Source of the DNA: Eledone cirrhosa
Lineage: Eukaryota
Reading direction: 5' to 3'
Length of the DNA stretch: 64,000 bases
NCBI GenBank assembly: GCA_964016885.1
Contig: OZ024740.1
Location: forward strand, 105,772,001 to 105,836,000
The position numbers and the translations under genes were made by a program. This document shows, piece by piece, positions 41,892 through 54,923 of this stretch. Below the pieces are notes generated by a model. That model saw nothing but the letters and a program-made list of their open reading frames with translations. It had not been told where the DNA came from and searched no databases. Positions within the stretch are counted from its first letter, which is position 1. The number at the start of each line of letters is the position of its first letter.

Positions 41892-42670
41892 GTTTTAATA
41901 TAGAAGAGATTCTACAGGACTGGAACTGTTTCATTCATAAGAAATCATCAGGAATCTGGGTATCAAAAAATAAATATGGTATTATAGGTCTCTACAAGTG
42001 GTAGGAGAGGGTGGGGAGTGGGATGGGTGCAGGTCATTGGTTGATAGAAAAGGGAATTCATTAAAAGCTAATTCTACAAGGCTATAATTTGCACCGAGGA
42101 TTGCAAAAAAACTTACATCGGCATGACCTCCAACAATTTTAAGACCCGTTGGTATGCCCATACCCACTCCTTCAGAAGACCGGATAAATCAAGTCAGACT
42201 ACACTCGCCTCCTACGTTTGGGACCTCAAAAGGAACTCCACCCCCTTCACGCTTAATTGGAAAATACTCCAGAAAGCGCGCTCTTACAACGGAGGACACA
42301 AGGGCTGCGACCTTTGTATTTCAGAGAGGTACGAAATTTTATTCGCCAAGGGCCCGCTACTGAACAAACTCTCTGAACACTGCCCGAACTGCATGCATAA
42401 GAACTTTGCAACATTCAAACACTTTAAGCCAGTGTTAAAACCCGATGGCTAAAAACGACCTCCCCCTATTGGCCCCTATACCTCCTCCCCACCATACCCC
42501 CACCCCTCCTCAACCTGAAATACGGCCACTATGGTTATGTGAGTACCTCTTTCGTATCTACTTTATCTGCCTGTAGAGGTGTCTTTATGTGCCTGCGTAT
42601 ATGCGTATATTTATTGAGTACCCATTTACTTGTATGTGTATATATTTGTTTGTATTTGTGTATATGTGTA

Positions 42671-42737
<67 letters not shown>

Positions 42738-42820
42738 ATTTGTATGTATGTATGTATATGTGTGTATATATGTATATGTATGTATATATATGTGTGTGTG
42801 TGTATATGTATGTATATATA

Positions 42821-42905
<85 letters not shown>

Positions 42906-43232
42906 ATACATATATATATATATGTGTGTGTATATATGTATGTGTATGTGTGTGTGTATATGTGTATGTATATATATATATATATGTATATATATATGTA
43001 TATATATATATATGTGTATATATATGTGTGTATATATATATATGTATATATGTATGTGTGTGTATGTATATATATGTGTATATATATATATATATGTGTG
43101 TGTGTGTATGTGTGTATATATGTGTGTATATATATATATGTGTATATGTATGTGTCTGTGTATGTGTGTGTATGTGTGTATGTATGTATATATGTGTGTG
43201 TGTGTATATTTATGTATATATATGTGTGTATA

Positions 43233-43279
<47 letters not shown>

Positions 43280-43306
43280 GTGTATATATGTGTATATGTA
43301 TGTGTG

Positions 43307-43341
<35 letters not shown>

Positions 43342-43358
43342 ATATATATGTATGTGTA

Positions 43359-43391
<33 letters not shown>

Positions 43392-43495
43392 GTGCGTGAG
43401 AGAGAGAGTGTGTATATATATTCTGTGTGTGGGGGTGTGTGTATGTGTGTATGCGCGTGTGTGTATATATATGTGTGTGTATATGTGTATATATG

Positions 43496-43533
<38 letters not shown>

Positions 43534-43666
43534 TGTATATGTATGTGTGTGTGTATATATGCGTTATATGTCTGTATATATATGTGTATATTTTTGTATA
43601 GGTCTGTGTATGTATGTGTATGTTTGTATATGTATGGATATATATGTGTATGTATGTATATGTTTG

Positions 43667-43715
<49 letters not shown>

Positions 43716-43856
43716 ATATATATGTGTATATGTGTGTATATGAGTGTGTGTATAGATATTTATACATATGTATACTCGTGTTTGTATGTATGTGTGTGAG
43801 TGTATTTATTTGTGTATATATGTGTGTGTGTATGTATGTGTATGTGTGTGTGTATC

Positions 43857-43905
<49 letters not shown>

Positions 43906-43932
43906 ATGTGTGTCTGTGTGTATGTGTGTGTG

Positions 43933-44005
<73 letters not shown>

Positions 44006-44017
44006 GTATATGTATTG

Positions 44018-44048
<31 letters not shown>

Positions 44049-44826
44049 GTGTATGCATGTGTGTGTACATGAATATATATTTATATATATTTATATATTT
44101 TTATATATATGTGTGTGTGTTTTTATGTGTGTATATGTGTTTGTGTGTGTGTTTATGGTTGCGCGTAAGTGTGTGAGTGAGTATGTGTTTTTTTGTTTTT
44201 TTGTTTTTTTGTTTTTTTGTTTATTTGTGAATGTGTCTGTTGATTTTTGGCATATAGTTGATTAGTTTAAGAGAAGTTCGAAGATAATAGTAAGATATGC
44301 ACTCAGTATTTTGAATCTGTCTGCAGAATTCTCTAGACCTTTGTCACTTAGTAGAACCTTAATGACTTTAGCTTTTGAAGAATCTCCCTTTTCTTTAATT
44401 CTATCGACCATGACTGACCCCCCACTGATTTTATAGACACCTGTTAGCTTAAGAGAAACTTATTGACAAGGAATGGTATGCCATCCGGAACCTGTTTATA
44501 GAATTCTGTCTGCTTTTGTTACTCTAAAAACATAAATAAATATAAATAAAAATAAAAATAAATTATAGCCTTGTAGAATTAGCTTTTAATGAATTCCCTT
44601 TTCTATCAACCAATGACCTGCACCCATCCCACTCCCCACCCTCTCCTACCACTTGTAGAGACCTATAATACCATATTTATTTTTTGATACCCAGATTCCT
44701 GATGATTTCTTATGAATGAAACAGTTCTAGTCCTGTAGAATCTCTTCTATATTAAAACTGTTATACTCTGCTATGTATTGAGTACCTTACTTACTGTGGT
44801 TACCTCCGTTTCAACCCGGAATAACG
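41888..44826 (+). mobile_element. PLE family C: inverted 5' pLTR, GIY-YIG remnant, microsatellite-expanded 3'UTR, pLTR
   Basis: 41888-42090 is the reverse complement of 44561-44762; ORF 42123-42452 (YIGMT..FKTRW..H..TTLASYVWDLK..CDLCISE..CMH). Confidence 0.9.
44693..44743 (+). ncRNA. Type I hammerhead (family C); antisense copy at 41907-41957
   Basis: agattc-CTGATGA-tttc ttat gaat-GAAA-cag ttctagtc ctg-TA-gaatct. Confidence 0.88.
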
Positions 44827-44934
44827 TATATATATATAATATATATATGTATGTAGATATACATACACATATATATGTATATACATATATATATATGTGT
44901 ATGTATACACACACACACACACATACACACACAT

Positions 44935-44981
<47 letters not shown>

Positions 44982-45643
44982 AATTTAGCTTCAACATAGC
45001 TATATTCATATATGTGTGTGTATTTTGTTTATCGAAAGATATACGGTATGTATAATAAATGAACATATTGAAAACCCAGCTATGAATAAAGCCTGGCGAC
45101 CAGTGCCGTCTAGCAGATTCAAGTAAAAGCAGCGAGTGATAACTATCTATGAGTATGTGTGTGTGTGGGGGGGGGGGGCGTATGTATGTATGTGTGTGTG
45201 TATGTATGTTTGCATATCTAAAGATATACATTATGATTAATAAATAAACATTTTGAAAGCCCAGCTATGAATATTGAAAGACTAGCGGCCAGCATCTTCT
45301 GGTGAATTCCAACAGAAGCAACAAGGGTCAACTCTCTATCCAGATTTCGAGCTGCTGGTTATCATCGGGACAGTGCTTCCGTGCACTCTGCTGGAACTTG
45401 ATAAACGATGAGAACATAATATTTTCGCCTGTGTAGGTGTGCTGATTAGCCTCATTTGCATCTGAAGCTGTATAAATTGGCACTACTAGAATTAGAATTT
45501 AGCACGAAATGCGCAGAAACAATGGTCACTCGATGCTTCTGCTTGAATCCGCTAGACGGCGATGGCCGTCAGTTTCAATATTCATAGATGGGCTTTCAAA
45601 ATGTATATACATACATGTATACAGCTATGCCAAAACAAAATTC

Positions 45644-45690
<47 letters not shown>

Positions 45691-45764
45691 CTATAGATAG
45701 CTGTATACATGTATGTATATACATTTTGAAAGCCCAGCTATGAATATTGAAAGACTGGCGGCCA

Positions 45765-46608
45765 TTTTGTTAAAGCTAATTGAAAGAATGATGTGCTCAT
45801 GCGCGGTGATATTATAACATATATACTATAAAACGAAATTGGTATCGGCCGCCATGAGTAATCGAACCCCTTATCTCCCAGATATCGGTTAGGTGCTTTA
45901 AACCATGAAACCAGGGGCCTGTAACAAGCCTTAAATTAGATAACTGAATCACTGCTTATATTACATGAATCACAGCTTGGCTGGTTATAATTAATTGGCT
46001 GTAGCTAGCACTAATGCTGCGTTAAGGATAATAGAGCTGCATATATATATAAATTACACAATTATCAAAGCTATGCTCAAATCATTTTATTGTTGACAAT
46101 CGTTTCTTCCAAACTTTCGTTTGGAATCATCGGAGTATTAGCAATGTTTGTACATATAATTAACCTCCTATTCAACTGAACAATTATATAGATACATATA
46201 TATTGATGTGCTTACATTGAGCTATTTCTCTTACTGGTAATAAGGTAGTAATAAATTACTGACCTTTCCTGTTTATAGTTGTTTATAGTATATACATAAC
46301 TATAAATAGTATCATTATTATTATATATATATATATGTAGCTCTATTATGCTTAACGCTGCATTAGTGCTACAGCCAATTAATTATAACCAGCCAAGCTG
46401 TGATTCATGTAATAAAAGCAGTGATTCAGTTATCTAATTTAAGGCGTGTTACAGGCCCTTGGCGTCATGGTTTAAAGCACCTAACCGATATCTGGGAGAT
46501 AAGGGGTTCGATTTCTCATGGCGGCCGATAGCAATTTCGTTTTATACTATATATTTTATAGTATCACCGCGCATGAGCACATCATTCTTTAAATTAGCTT
46601 TAACAAAA
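45765..46608. repeat. Inverted repeat (~285-bp arms, ~270-bp spacer)
   Basis: 45765-46050 is the reverse complement of 46324-46608. Confidence 0.9.
46454..46527 (+). pseudogene. tRNA-like sequence (apparent GAT anticodon); antisense copy at 45846-45919
   Basis: ggcc..tgg..aaagc-a-cctaa ccGATat ctggg-..gGTTCGAtt..ggcc; stems imperfect, so SINE head or pseudo-tRNA rather than a functional gene. Confidence 0.55.
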
Positions 46609-46890
46609 TCGAATACGTATGTATACACCATATAGTATATGCTTTCATATACCCCACCCCTATTATGCTTAACGCTGTCTTAGTGTTACTACCAATTATA
46701 TATATGTATATAATTAAAATTAAACTTTTTGCAAAATTCTCTGCACTTGTCTATAATTCTGGTTATTCAGTAAACTTTTAACAATGCATTCGTAATTCTT
46801 GCACAAGGGAATTGTTGTTTCCTGAATATATTGCTTGTGTATCGTAACATTGGCACTCTACAACTCTGCCTCTATCTATCTATCTATCTA

Positions 46891-48137
46891 GGAACCTCGG
46901 AAACGATTGGGGTGATCGGCAACTTACTGCAGGAATACGAAAGGCTCACAGGAGCAAAACTGAACACGGACAAGTCTGTCGGTTTGCAACTCGGAACGTG
47001 GAGGGGGCAAACAGATGCCATCCGACAGCGTCGTCGAACGCTGGACGGAAGGACCGGTGAAATTTCTCGGGGTCTGGTTCGGTCCGGACCTCCAGGTGGA
47101 GAAAGACTGGAACGAGGCCACGGCCAAGGTAGTTGCGCTCATCCAGAAGTGGGCAGAGTGCAAACTATTCTTGAAAGATCGAGCGGAGGTGGCGAACACT
47201 TTCATAGCGTCCGTCATCTACTACCGTTTGACCGCCGTGCCTTGTCCCCGTGAACATCTCACCAAGATGGAACGCATGCTCTTCCAGTTCCTTTGGAATA
47301 AGCAGGTTACACTGGTGAGGAGATCCGTCTGCTGTCAACACCCTTCCAACGGAGGGCTGGGAATGCCGTGACTGATGATGCGCAAACGTGCGCTGAGGCT
47401 ACAGCATCTCCAGGTATTTCTCACCGACCAACTGGTGTGGGCACCGTTTGTGAGACAGGCCTTGCGCAACTTGTCCCGCTGACGGAGCTGTAGTCCTCGA
47501 CGTGTCCAAGATGCGAGCAGCACATTGAAACCGTCTTGCACGCAATTGTACACTGCCGAGCGTCACTGACCTGTGGAATTACGCAGAACAACTGCTGTCG
47601 CGTATGGGACAAATCCAGTTGACTGCCGAGTCCATAGTAAGGATCAAACCGCCAACTTCTTTCAAAAACGAAAGACAGGCGGTTTTCCTTCGTATAGTGG
47701 CTATGGCGAAAGATGTTATATGTTGGACGAGATTTAGACGACTGAGGATAGATGCCTTTCTCTCCGGACAACAATTCATTCCCTTCTTTAGGTACCACTT
47801 TAGAAGGAGTATCAGAGTGGAGAGAGAGGCACTGCAACCCAGTAAATTTACTGAAAGGTGGGTGAATGTGGCAACAATGGCCCGAGTGATTGGGCCTTCT
47901 CTGTATATAAACCTGTAGGTTGAAGAAGAGAGCAAAAGGAAGAAAGGAGAACTTGTACAACACGCTCCTGAAGTCGAGGGTTGTTCTATCCCATTTGCAA
48001 CGCCTCGCCCCTATTGGGTATTTCGATTGTTAAATTTGTTCGTTTTAATAATATTTTTACACGACTGTATGTAAAATACCCGGCATGTGTCTTGGTATTG
48101 CCCCTTTTCTTGTGGGCTCTTGTAGCAAATAAAGAAA
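46891..48137 (+). mobile_element. 5'-truncated, internally deleted Tx1-clade LINE within (TATC)n
   Basis: YERLTGAKLN.DKS, VKFLGVWF, FLW..GGLGMP, zinc knuckle CPRCEQHIETVLHAIVHC (~47504-47557), 3'UTR with AATAAA. Confidence 0.85.
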
Positions 48138-48159
48138 TCTATCTATCTATCTATCTATC

Positions 48160-48223
<64 letters not shown>

Positions 48224-48229
48224 CGGCGA

Positions 48230-49445
48230 TGAATTAGTTTTGCGAGGTTTTTTATATGAAATCGTGTGTCGAAACAGATATTGTTATACTTGGGGAGGGT
48301 CATATTTGCGTAATATTGCCAGAATTAATAACAGAACACACTCACTGTTTGGTTGGTTTTCGCTTCTCGCTGTCTTTTATTATATCCGCGATCTAACTTA
48401 CTCGGTCCTCAATGTTGCCATTGACTGACCGGCGGTCAAAAATAATACAGATACAATATAGACACAAACACATATATATATATATAGTTTACATAATTTA
48501 CATAAATCTTTCGTTGCACATCTGCAACATCGTCAGTTGTGTTATATTCATTGTTCCTCCTGTTGTGTTGTATGTCTACGCCATTTTTTTTTATTCAGTC
48601 TGTCTATATACTTATTTATTTATTTGCTTGTTTGTTTATCTTATTTTATTTTGTCTTCTTTGCGCATGCGTTTGCGTGTGTGTATAGTGTTATGTGTGAT
48701 GTGTGACTAGTGTGTATAGTGTTGTGTCTGCTGGGTGACTAGTGTGTGTTTATGTGCTTGTTGTTATTGCGCTTGTGTATGTATTTATTTATCCTATTTT
48801 ATTTAATTTTATTTACTTATTTATACTTCTCTTAGGTCAGTGTTGTTTGTTTGGGTGTTGTTGTTGTTCCACTCATTCTTTCTGTTTAGCTTTGGTCTTC
48901 TAATTTCTATTTCACTGGCCTCTCTGATTTGCCTATCTGCTGGGTCATTCCTATGTTTAGATATTATTCTAATTTCTATGTTGTCTATGTTACCGTCATG
49001 TTGTTGTCTAGCATGTTCGTATAGTACTGACCCGTTTTTTCGTCCTTTTAGTTCCCCCCAGTGTTGGTCTATCCTTTCACCTATGCTACGAGCTGTCTCA
49101 CCTATGTATGTTGTTGTCATGTTTCTGCAAGTACCCTCTGTACATCTTATGCTATAGACTACGTTTCTAGTTTTACAGTTTATCCGGGGGTTCACCTTAC
49201 ATATGATACACTTCCTATTGGTACAATGGGTTTTCTTAAAAGGGTAGGTTTTGCTGATCAGGGATTTTATGGTGGTTCCTGGCTTTTCTACCACCTTTAT
49301 TTTTAAGTGGGTCTTTCTCAGGGCCTTTCTACACTGGTTAGCTAATTTCCCTCCAGGGGTGGCGTCCACAAACATGACACTCTGATATCTCTGGTTGTCG
49401 TACCATGATGTGGCCTTCCCTATCTTATGTCTAGCCCTATCTACT
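48230..49445 (-). mobile_element. PLE related to family D: GIY-YIG and 3' end; HHR at 48499-48540
   Basis: ORF 48821-49375 is similar to the C-terminus of 3467-4537 (NVVYSIRCTEG.C..YIGETAR); minus CTGACGA-t-gttgca gatg tgcaac-GAAA-gatt-TA with imperfect stem I. Confidence 0.85.
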
Positions 49446-49471
49446 ATATATATATATATATATATATATAG

Positions 49472-50979
49472 TAGATATACCTTCCGAAACCCGGCCCGGC
49501 GTCACGCCACTACACTTTCGGGCCACATATGGGACCTCAAGGACAACAACATCACCTATGATCTCACTTGGAGATTACTGTCCAGAGCCAATTCTTACAC
49601 GGGAGGACGCCGTCCGTGCAATTTATGCTCGGAGGAAACTTTACAAATGCTGTTTTCGACGGACCAACTCCTAAACAAGAAAGATGAACTGGTTACTGCA
49701 TGTAAACATAGATTGCGTAGGACTTACCTCGCCCTCAAACCCCATAATGACCCGGGGGGTAGACTAGGGCTATAACACCCCACTTGCCGATTTTGCAATG
49801 GGTAACCCCTGCTTGCCAATGGAGACGTAAGATCTTCTTTGTATTCTTTTATCGCTTCCTTTATTTCCTTCCCCCTCTCTCCTTAGTCCTTCTACCCCAG
49901 CTCTTCTCCTTTGTCGGCGTCTTTTCTCGCCCACCCGAGGCTGCCCTTTGGCCCCTTGTAGCCTTAGTACCCCCACCCCCTCCCCTAGTCTATGATAGAT
50001 TTGGCGGACTCCGCCCTTTATAGCAGTTGGTTTAGACCCCGGATACTTGTCCCCTTTTTCCGACCGCTCCCACTATTCTCTGTGCACTCTATATTTCTTA
50101 GTGGCACTTATGCCTTATTTTTTCGTTTCAGTATTTCTTTCTTCGCTTTTCTTTTGGGCGGGGTGGATTCTGAATTTATTTTTCCGTATTCTACCTTTAC
50201 TTCGTACGAACTTTCATGTAGCTTGTTTTAGATCTTTTAGAGTTAGCATTAGTATATATTTTTCTCGGGACTCAGAATTATTATCTCGTACTAGTTCACT
50301 TTGCTGCACTGGGTGGTTGCTGGCATTGTGCCCGGGATGGAAACCTTTATTGTTTATTTCGAGGTAGTCTCTTTAGTATTTTGGCCCCTTTTGTTGACCC
50401 GTCACCGTATCATTTACGTACTTATACCTCTTAAAAGGGTCCTTGCCTATACCGTCCCACCTAGTTCTTTTACATATTTCGTTATTTCTTTATTTCTTTC
50501 TTTACTTCTTTCTTTCTTTATTTATTTATTTATTCTAGCCTAACAATAGCCAGAGACCTAGGTCGTAGAATTTAATTTACTTTACTTTTTTCTTTACACT
50601 TATTTGCTTTTCTTCACTCTCAGTATTTTTTCTTTCCTATATATTTCTACCCCCCATTGTTCTACCTACCGTTCCGACTTCCTCCCCCTCCCCCTCCCCT
50701 GTATCTTCTTCGACCTCATGCCCAGCTGTAGCTGGAACTACCAACGCTTGATTGGGTCTACTCCACCCCTCCCCTCTTTCTCCTACTGGCAGGTTTAGCC
50801 ACCATCTCCCCTACTAATTTGCAACCACAGAATTACTACTGATTTTTGACAATCACTTTGACCATATATGGAATTACCCCTTGAGAAGATCGGCTATTTA
50901 AATACCAGGATAAATTTTCATTTAGTCCAGAATTAGCCGTCGAAACGGCTTGAGCTCAGCTGTCGGGGTCTTACTGGTT

Positions 50980-50981
<2 letters not shown>
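49472..50981 (+). mobile_element. PLE 3' fragment: GIY-YIG C-terminus, 3'UTR, pLTR
   Basis: TTLSGHIWDLK..W..CNLC.EE..LLNK..EL..CKH; variant HHR near the end; (TA)n on both sides. Confidence 0.85.
50876..50969 (+). ncRNA. Hammerhead with U3-A8 compensatory core
   Basis: acccc-TTGAGAA-ga(t)cggcta..tagccgtc-GAAA-cggc ttgagctca gctg-TC-ggggt. Confidence 0.72.
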
Positions 50982-51035
<54 letters not shown>

Positions 51036-51039
<4 letters not shown>

Positions 51040-54000
51040 GTAGTTAAGAAAATCAAGACCACAAACTCACATAGAAGACATTAGTCGAAAAGTATCAACA
51101 TTAAGTGCAGTTTAATATAAAAAAGGGGGTAATAATGTCAGTTTACAATTGTTTCACTACTCTATATAATGTTTCTGGATCAATCGATGGTAAAATCGTT
51201 ATTGATTTGGTGCAGAGAAAGATAATTAACATAGAATAATATTATGGAGCAGCTTGAAGTTAGATAATGAACTTGAAGTTAGATAATGAAAATATTAATA
51301 TGTATAAAGTAGAAATAAAATAAAATAAGAGGGTTACGTGTCCGTAAATCATCGTCGGATTAGCAGGTCCCTTGATGGGGTCCCTTGGTACTGGAAAATT
51401 CAAGTGTATGTTATAAAAAACCGCTACATATCTGTCGAGGCTGAAAGTAAACAATGCCGCTAAACGCACAACAAGATGGCTTCTTGTAGGGAAATTACCT
51501 TATTGTACAGAGATGGGTTTCAAGGGAGGCAACTCCTTGAAGATCCAAATGCGACAATGAGAGTTGTAACTACGATAATGTCAAAGAGGTAGCTTATAGG
51601 TAAAGTTATAATGAGATATGTGACTAAGATAATGCGAGTGAGGTAACTTATAGATGTTTGCGTGGTGGGGTAAATATGTTATAGTTTGTTAGTTATAGGG
51701 AGGAGCGTGATTAAATGATAGGCTAAGGTGGGTCAAATATTCTGTTAGCGAAGGAGCTCGATCTGCGGTGGTGGCAGTTGATTACTAACTCATTCCTGTC
51801 ATTTATGGGGGGGGGGGCTTGACAGAGTTATGTAGTAGGCCTCGGTGAGACAGAGATCGCAACAATTTCTTCTCCCGTTAAACGCTGGAGATCTAGCGAA
51901 GATAGTCCAAGTTAGTGAGCGTTCAATGTTGGCCAGTTTAAGTTGTTTAACGAGCCTAGTTAGAGAAGTAGAGCACCAATGGCCAGGGTCGCAGAAGGAA
52001 AATGAGTGCGCGTTATATCGAACCTTAAATGGGTTATATGTAGAGCCAATATATGAGCTAGTAGATGAGGCCGTTCTAACGGTGCACCTATATACGATAT
52101 TAGGTCTAAGGCACTGCCCGTTAAGCGGGCATGTAGTGGGGTTACGGCAGTTGCAATTAGGATTGCGATTAGTGGGAGCAGGGTTGTTTAAGCTGTGCTG
52201 CTGGTGTGTACTAATGGGATTGGAGGGGGGTTCTGCTACTAGGATGAGTATTGGTGTGGTTGCATGGTGTACTTATAGGGGGGGGCACAGGGGGCAGTTA
52301 TATTTTTTAGTTTATGACGGTTGCTAAATGCGATGTGGCTAGCTAAGTTCGGTGTGGTGGAAGAGATTTTAATATTGTTTTTATTAAAGAGTTTGTAATA
52401 TCTATGGTGTGTGTGTGTGGGGGGGGGGGGGGGGCATTAAATAGGATGGAGAAGAAGCGTTTAGGGATGTTAGTAGCTAAATTAGATGAGAACGGGGGGT
52501 TAAGTCTGGTGATTTTTCTAGGCCTGTTACTTCTCTGGGGTCTAGCAGAATCAGCAGGGGCATTAGTAGGGCTATTATTGCCAATGTGCTTGCTAATGGT
52601 CAGCCTATTATTCTTTCCTATTCTAGGGTTGATTCTGAATCTGCTACTAGGAGTAGGGAGTAGTCCTCTGCCACTATTACGATTACTTGTATAGGTATTG
52701 GTAGGCCTAAATTTCCGGCAAATCTGGCTGAATGCTAATGCGCTTCTAGTTCTATTGTTAAAGTAATTGGAGTTGTGGTGAAGTTCTGTGTTATGGCCTT
52801 TAGGTATGTAGTAGATAGATTGTGCATAACCAGACTCAGAAAGGGCCTTATTATAATATGCTGTATGGGCATTAAATATTTTCTCGTTGGCGGATACCAT
52901 TGAAATCCTATATGGGATAGAATTAATGACCGCTCTGATGACTGCCGGTGGATGGTTAGAGTGCGGGCTAATATAAGTAAGTATCTCACCTGGTTTATGA
53001 TAAGAGTAATATGACTTGTTAGTAAGATCAAGGGTGAGATCTAGGAAATTCACTAGGTACGATGGTAATAGATAGACCGTTATTTTTAAAGAATCTATGT
53101 AGTTGTTTTTTGAGCAAGTCAATGCCGCGATTCGTGCAGTTGTGAACTGCAAATAGGGCGTCGTCCCTATATAATCCACCTTGCAAAGTTGGGAGCTCAG
53201 CACTAATGTTATGTAAGAGGTAGATTCCAACTAAGTCTGTGACTTGCGCAGAATCGCTAGGGCCCATGGTGATGTCAAAATTATCGGTTCTGTCTTTTAT
53301 TGTCCAGAACGAGCCATTGAACTCAATAATGGTCTGCCTAGCCATACGAATGATGTCAATCTATTCATAAGTTATGTCTGAGTTAGTGCTTTCTTAAGCA
53401 GTGCCGGGGATATGGAAGCGTAGTAACTGTCAATGTCGAATTGGAGAAACCTCATCGAGTCAATGGACCCAAGATCTGAGAACCATCTAATGACCTGGCC
53501 GGTGTTAGACCACAGTTTATAGGTGATACCGTCTCGCATTCTAGGGATGATCCTATCGAGAATGTTCTTGCTGATACGACCCAAGTCAGAGGTGGTTGGG
53601 CTAATAAGCCTAATAGAAGGGTTCACAATAAAGTTGGGTTTATGATCCTTGAGAGAGAATATTGGTGTTGTGGGTGCATATGGGTAGGTGAATCTGTCAA
53701 GATGTAAATCCTTAACCAAAGCCTGGGCTTTGCGGTTAAGTAAATTTACACTGGAGGGTTTAGTTTTTTTATAATTCTTATTGAGCTCCTTAAGGAGGAA
53801 AGAGTTGTAAGTTTCAGGAGGCATGGTATATAGATTTTTAGTTTTATCGGACATAACATGTATGAGGTAGCTATTTTTAAAGTTTTTGATGGTTGTTGCT
53901 AATTTTGCGAGGAAGTTATTATTATGCTGATTCTGCTTGTTGGATTTAATGCTCCTGATGAGATTAAAGAGGTCCTCCCCAAATGGGTCCATCAGGTTGT

Positions 54001-54780
54001 TATGTGGTGGGTTCTTGCATGTGGTAAATCCATATCCATCGACAGTACTTCCGGCGTCAGTGGACGTTACTCTGTCAAATTGGAAAGCCTTCCATCGTAC
54101 CCTCCGGATAAATGAATTGATACTCTGTATTAGGAGTTTGAAGTAGGTCTTCTTGTCCCGGATGGGAATGGACTTAAGTGAGATCCTGAGTTCTTGTTTG
54201 GTCAACATGGTGGCATCTAGTTTTTAATAGCTCAACATTAGGAGCTCAGGTATAGACAGTTCAAGAGTAAACCAATCTTAAATACAGAGATAGTGGTAGG
54301 ATAGGAGAGATTGGTGAAGGTATTAGAAGCCAAAGCTTAGAAGCGGGTGCCCGATATGCAGTATGCAGTGGAAAGCAGTTGGGAAACTGAGCAGCTGCTC
54401 CATAATATTATTCTATGTTCATTATCTTTCTCTGCACCAAATCAATAACGATATTGCCATCGAATGATCCAGAAACATTATATGGAGTAGTGAAACAATT
54501 GTAAACTGACATTATTACACCCTTTTTTATATTAAACTGTACTTAATGTTGATACTTTTCGACTAATGTCTTCCATGTGAGTTTGTGGTCTTGATTTTCT
54601 TAACTACTGAATATTTCCAGCTCTGTACACCTAACCTCCGCATAAACCCAGTTTCCCAACTGCTATCCACTGCACATCGAGCACCCGCTTCTAAGCTTTG
54701 GCTTCTAATACCTTCACCAATATCTCCTATCCTACCACTATCTCTGTATTTAAGATTGGTTTACTCTTGAACTGTCTATA
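51036..54780 (-). mobile_element. Near full-length PLE (Naiad/Neptune-like) with inverted 5' pLTR+5'UTR
   Basis: Disrupted ORF 54208 to 51723: SLKSIP, RVRWKA, SDKTKNLY, KDHKPNF, QFDIDSYY.SI, MGPSDSAQVTDLVG, LYRDD, FLDLTLDL, CNC..CPL.GQCL..VYRC..YIGST..CDLCL.E..CHH; 51036-51254 is the inverse of 54392-54611. Confidence 0.92.
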
Positions 54781-54826
54781 TATACATATATATATATATT
54801 ATATATATACATATATATATATACAT

Positions 54827-54923
<97 letters not shown>

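Noticed and set aside
46454-46527. Functional tRNA-Ile(GAT) gene
   Set aside because: Mismatched acceptor, T and anticodon stems and a duplicated repeat context.
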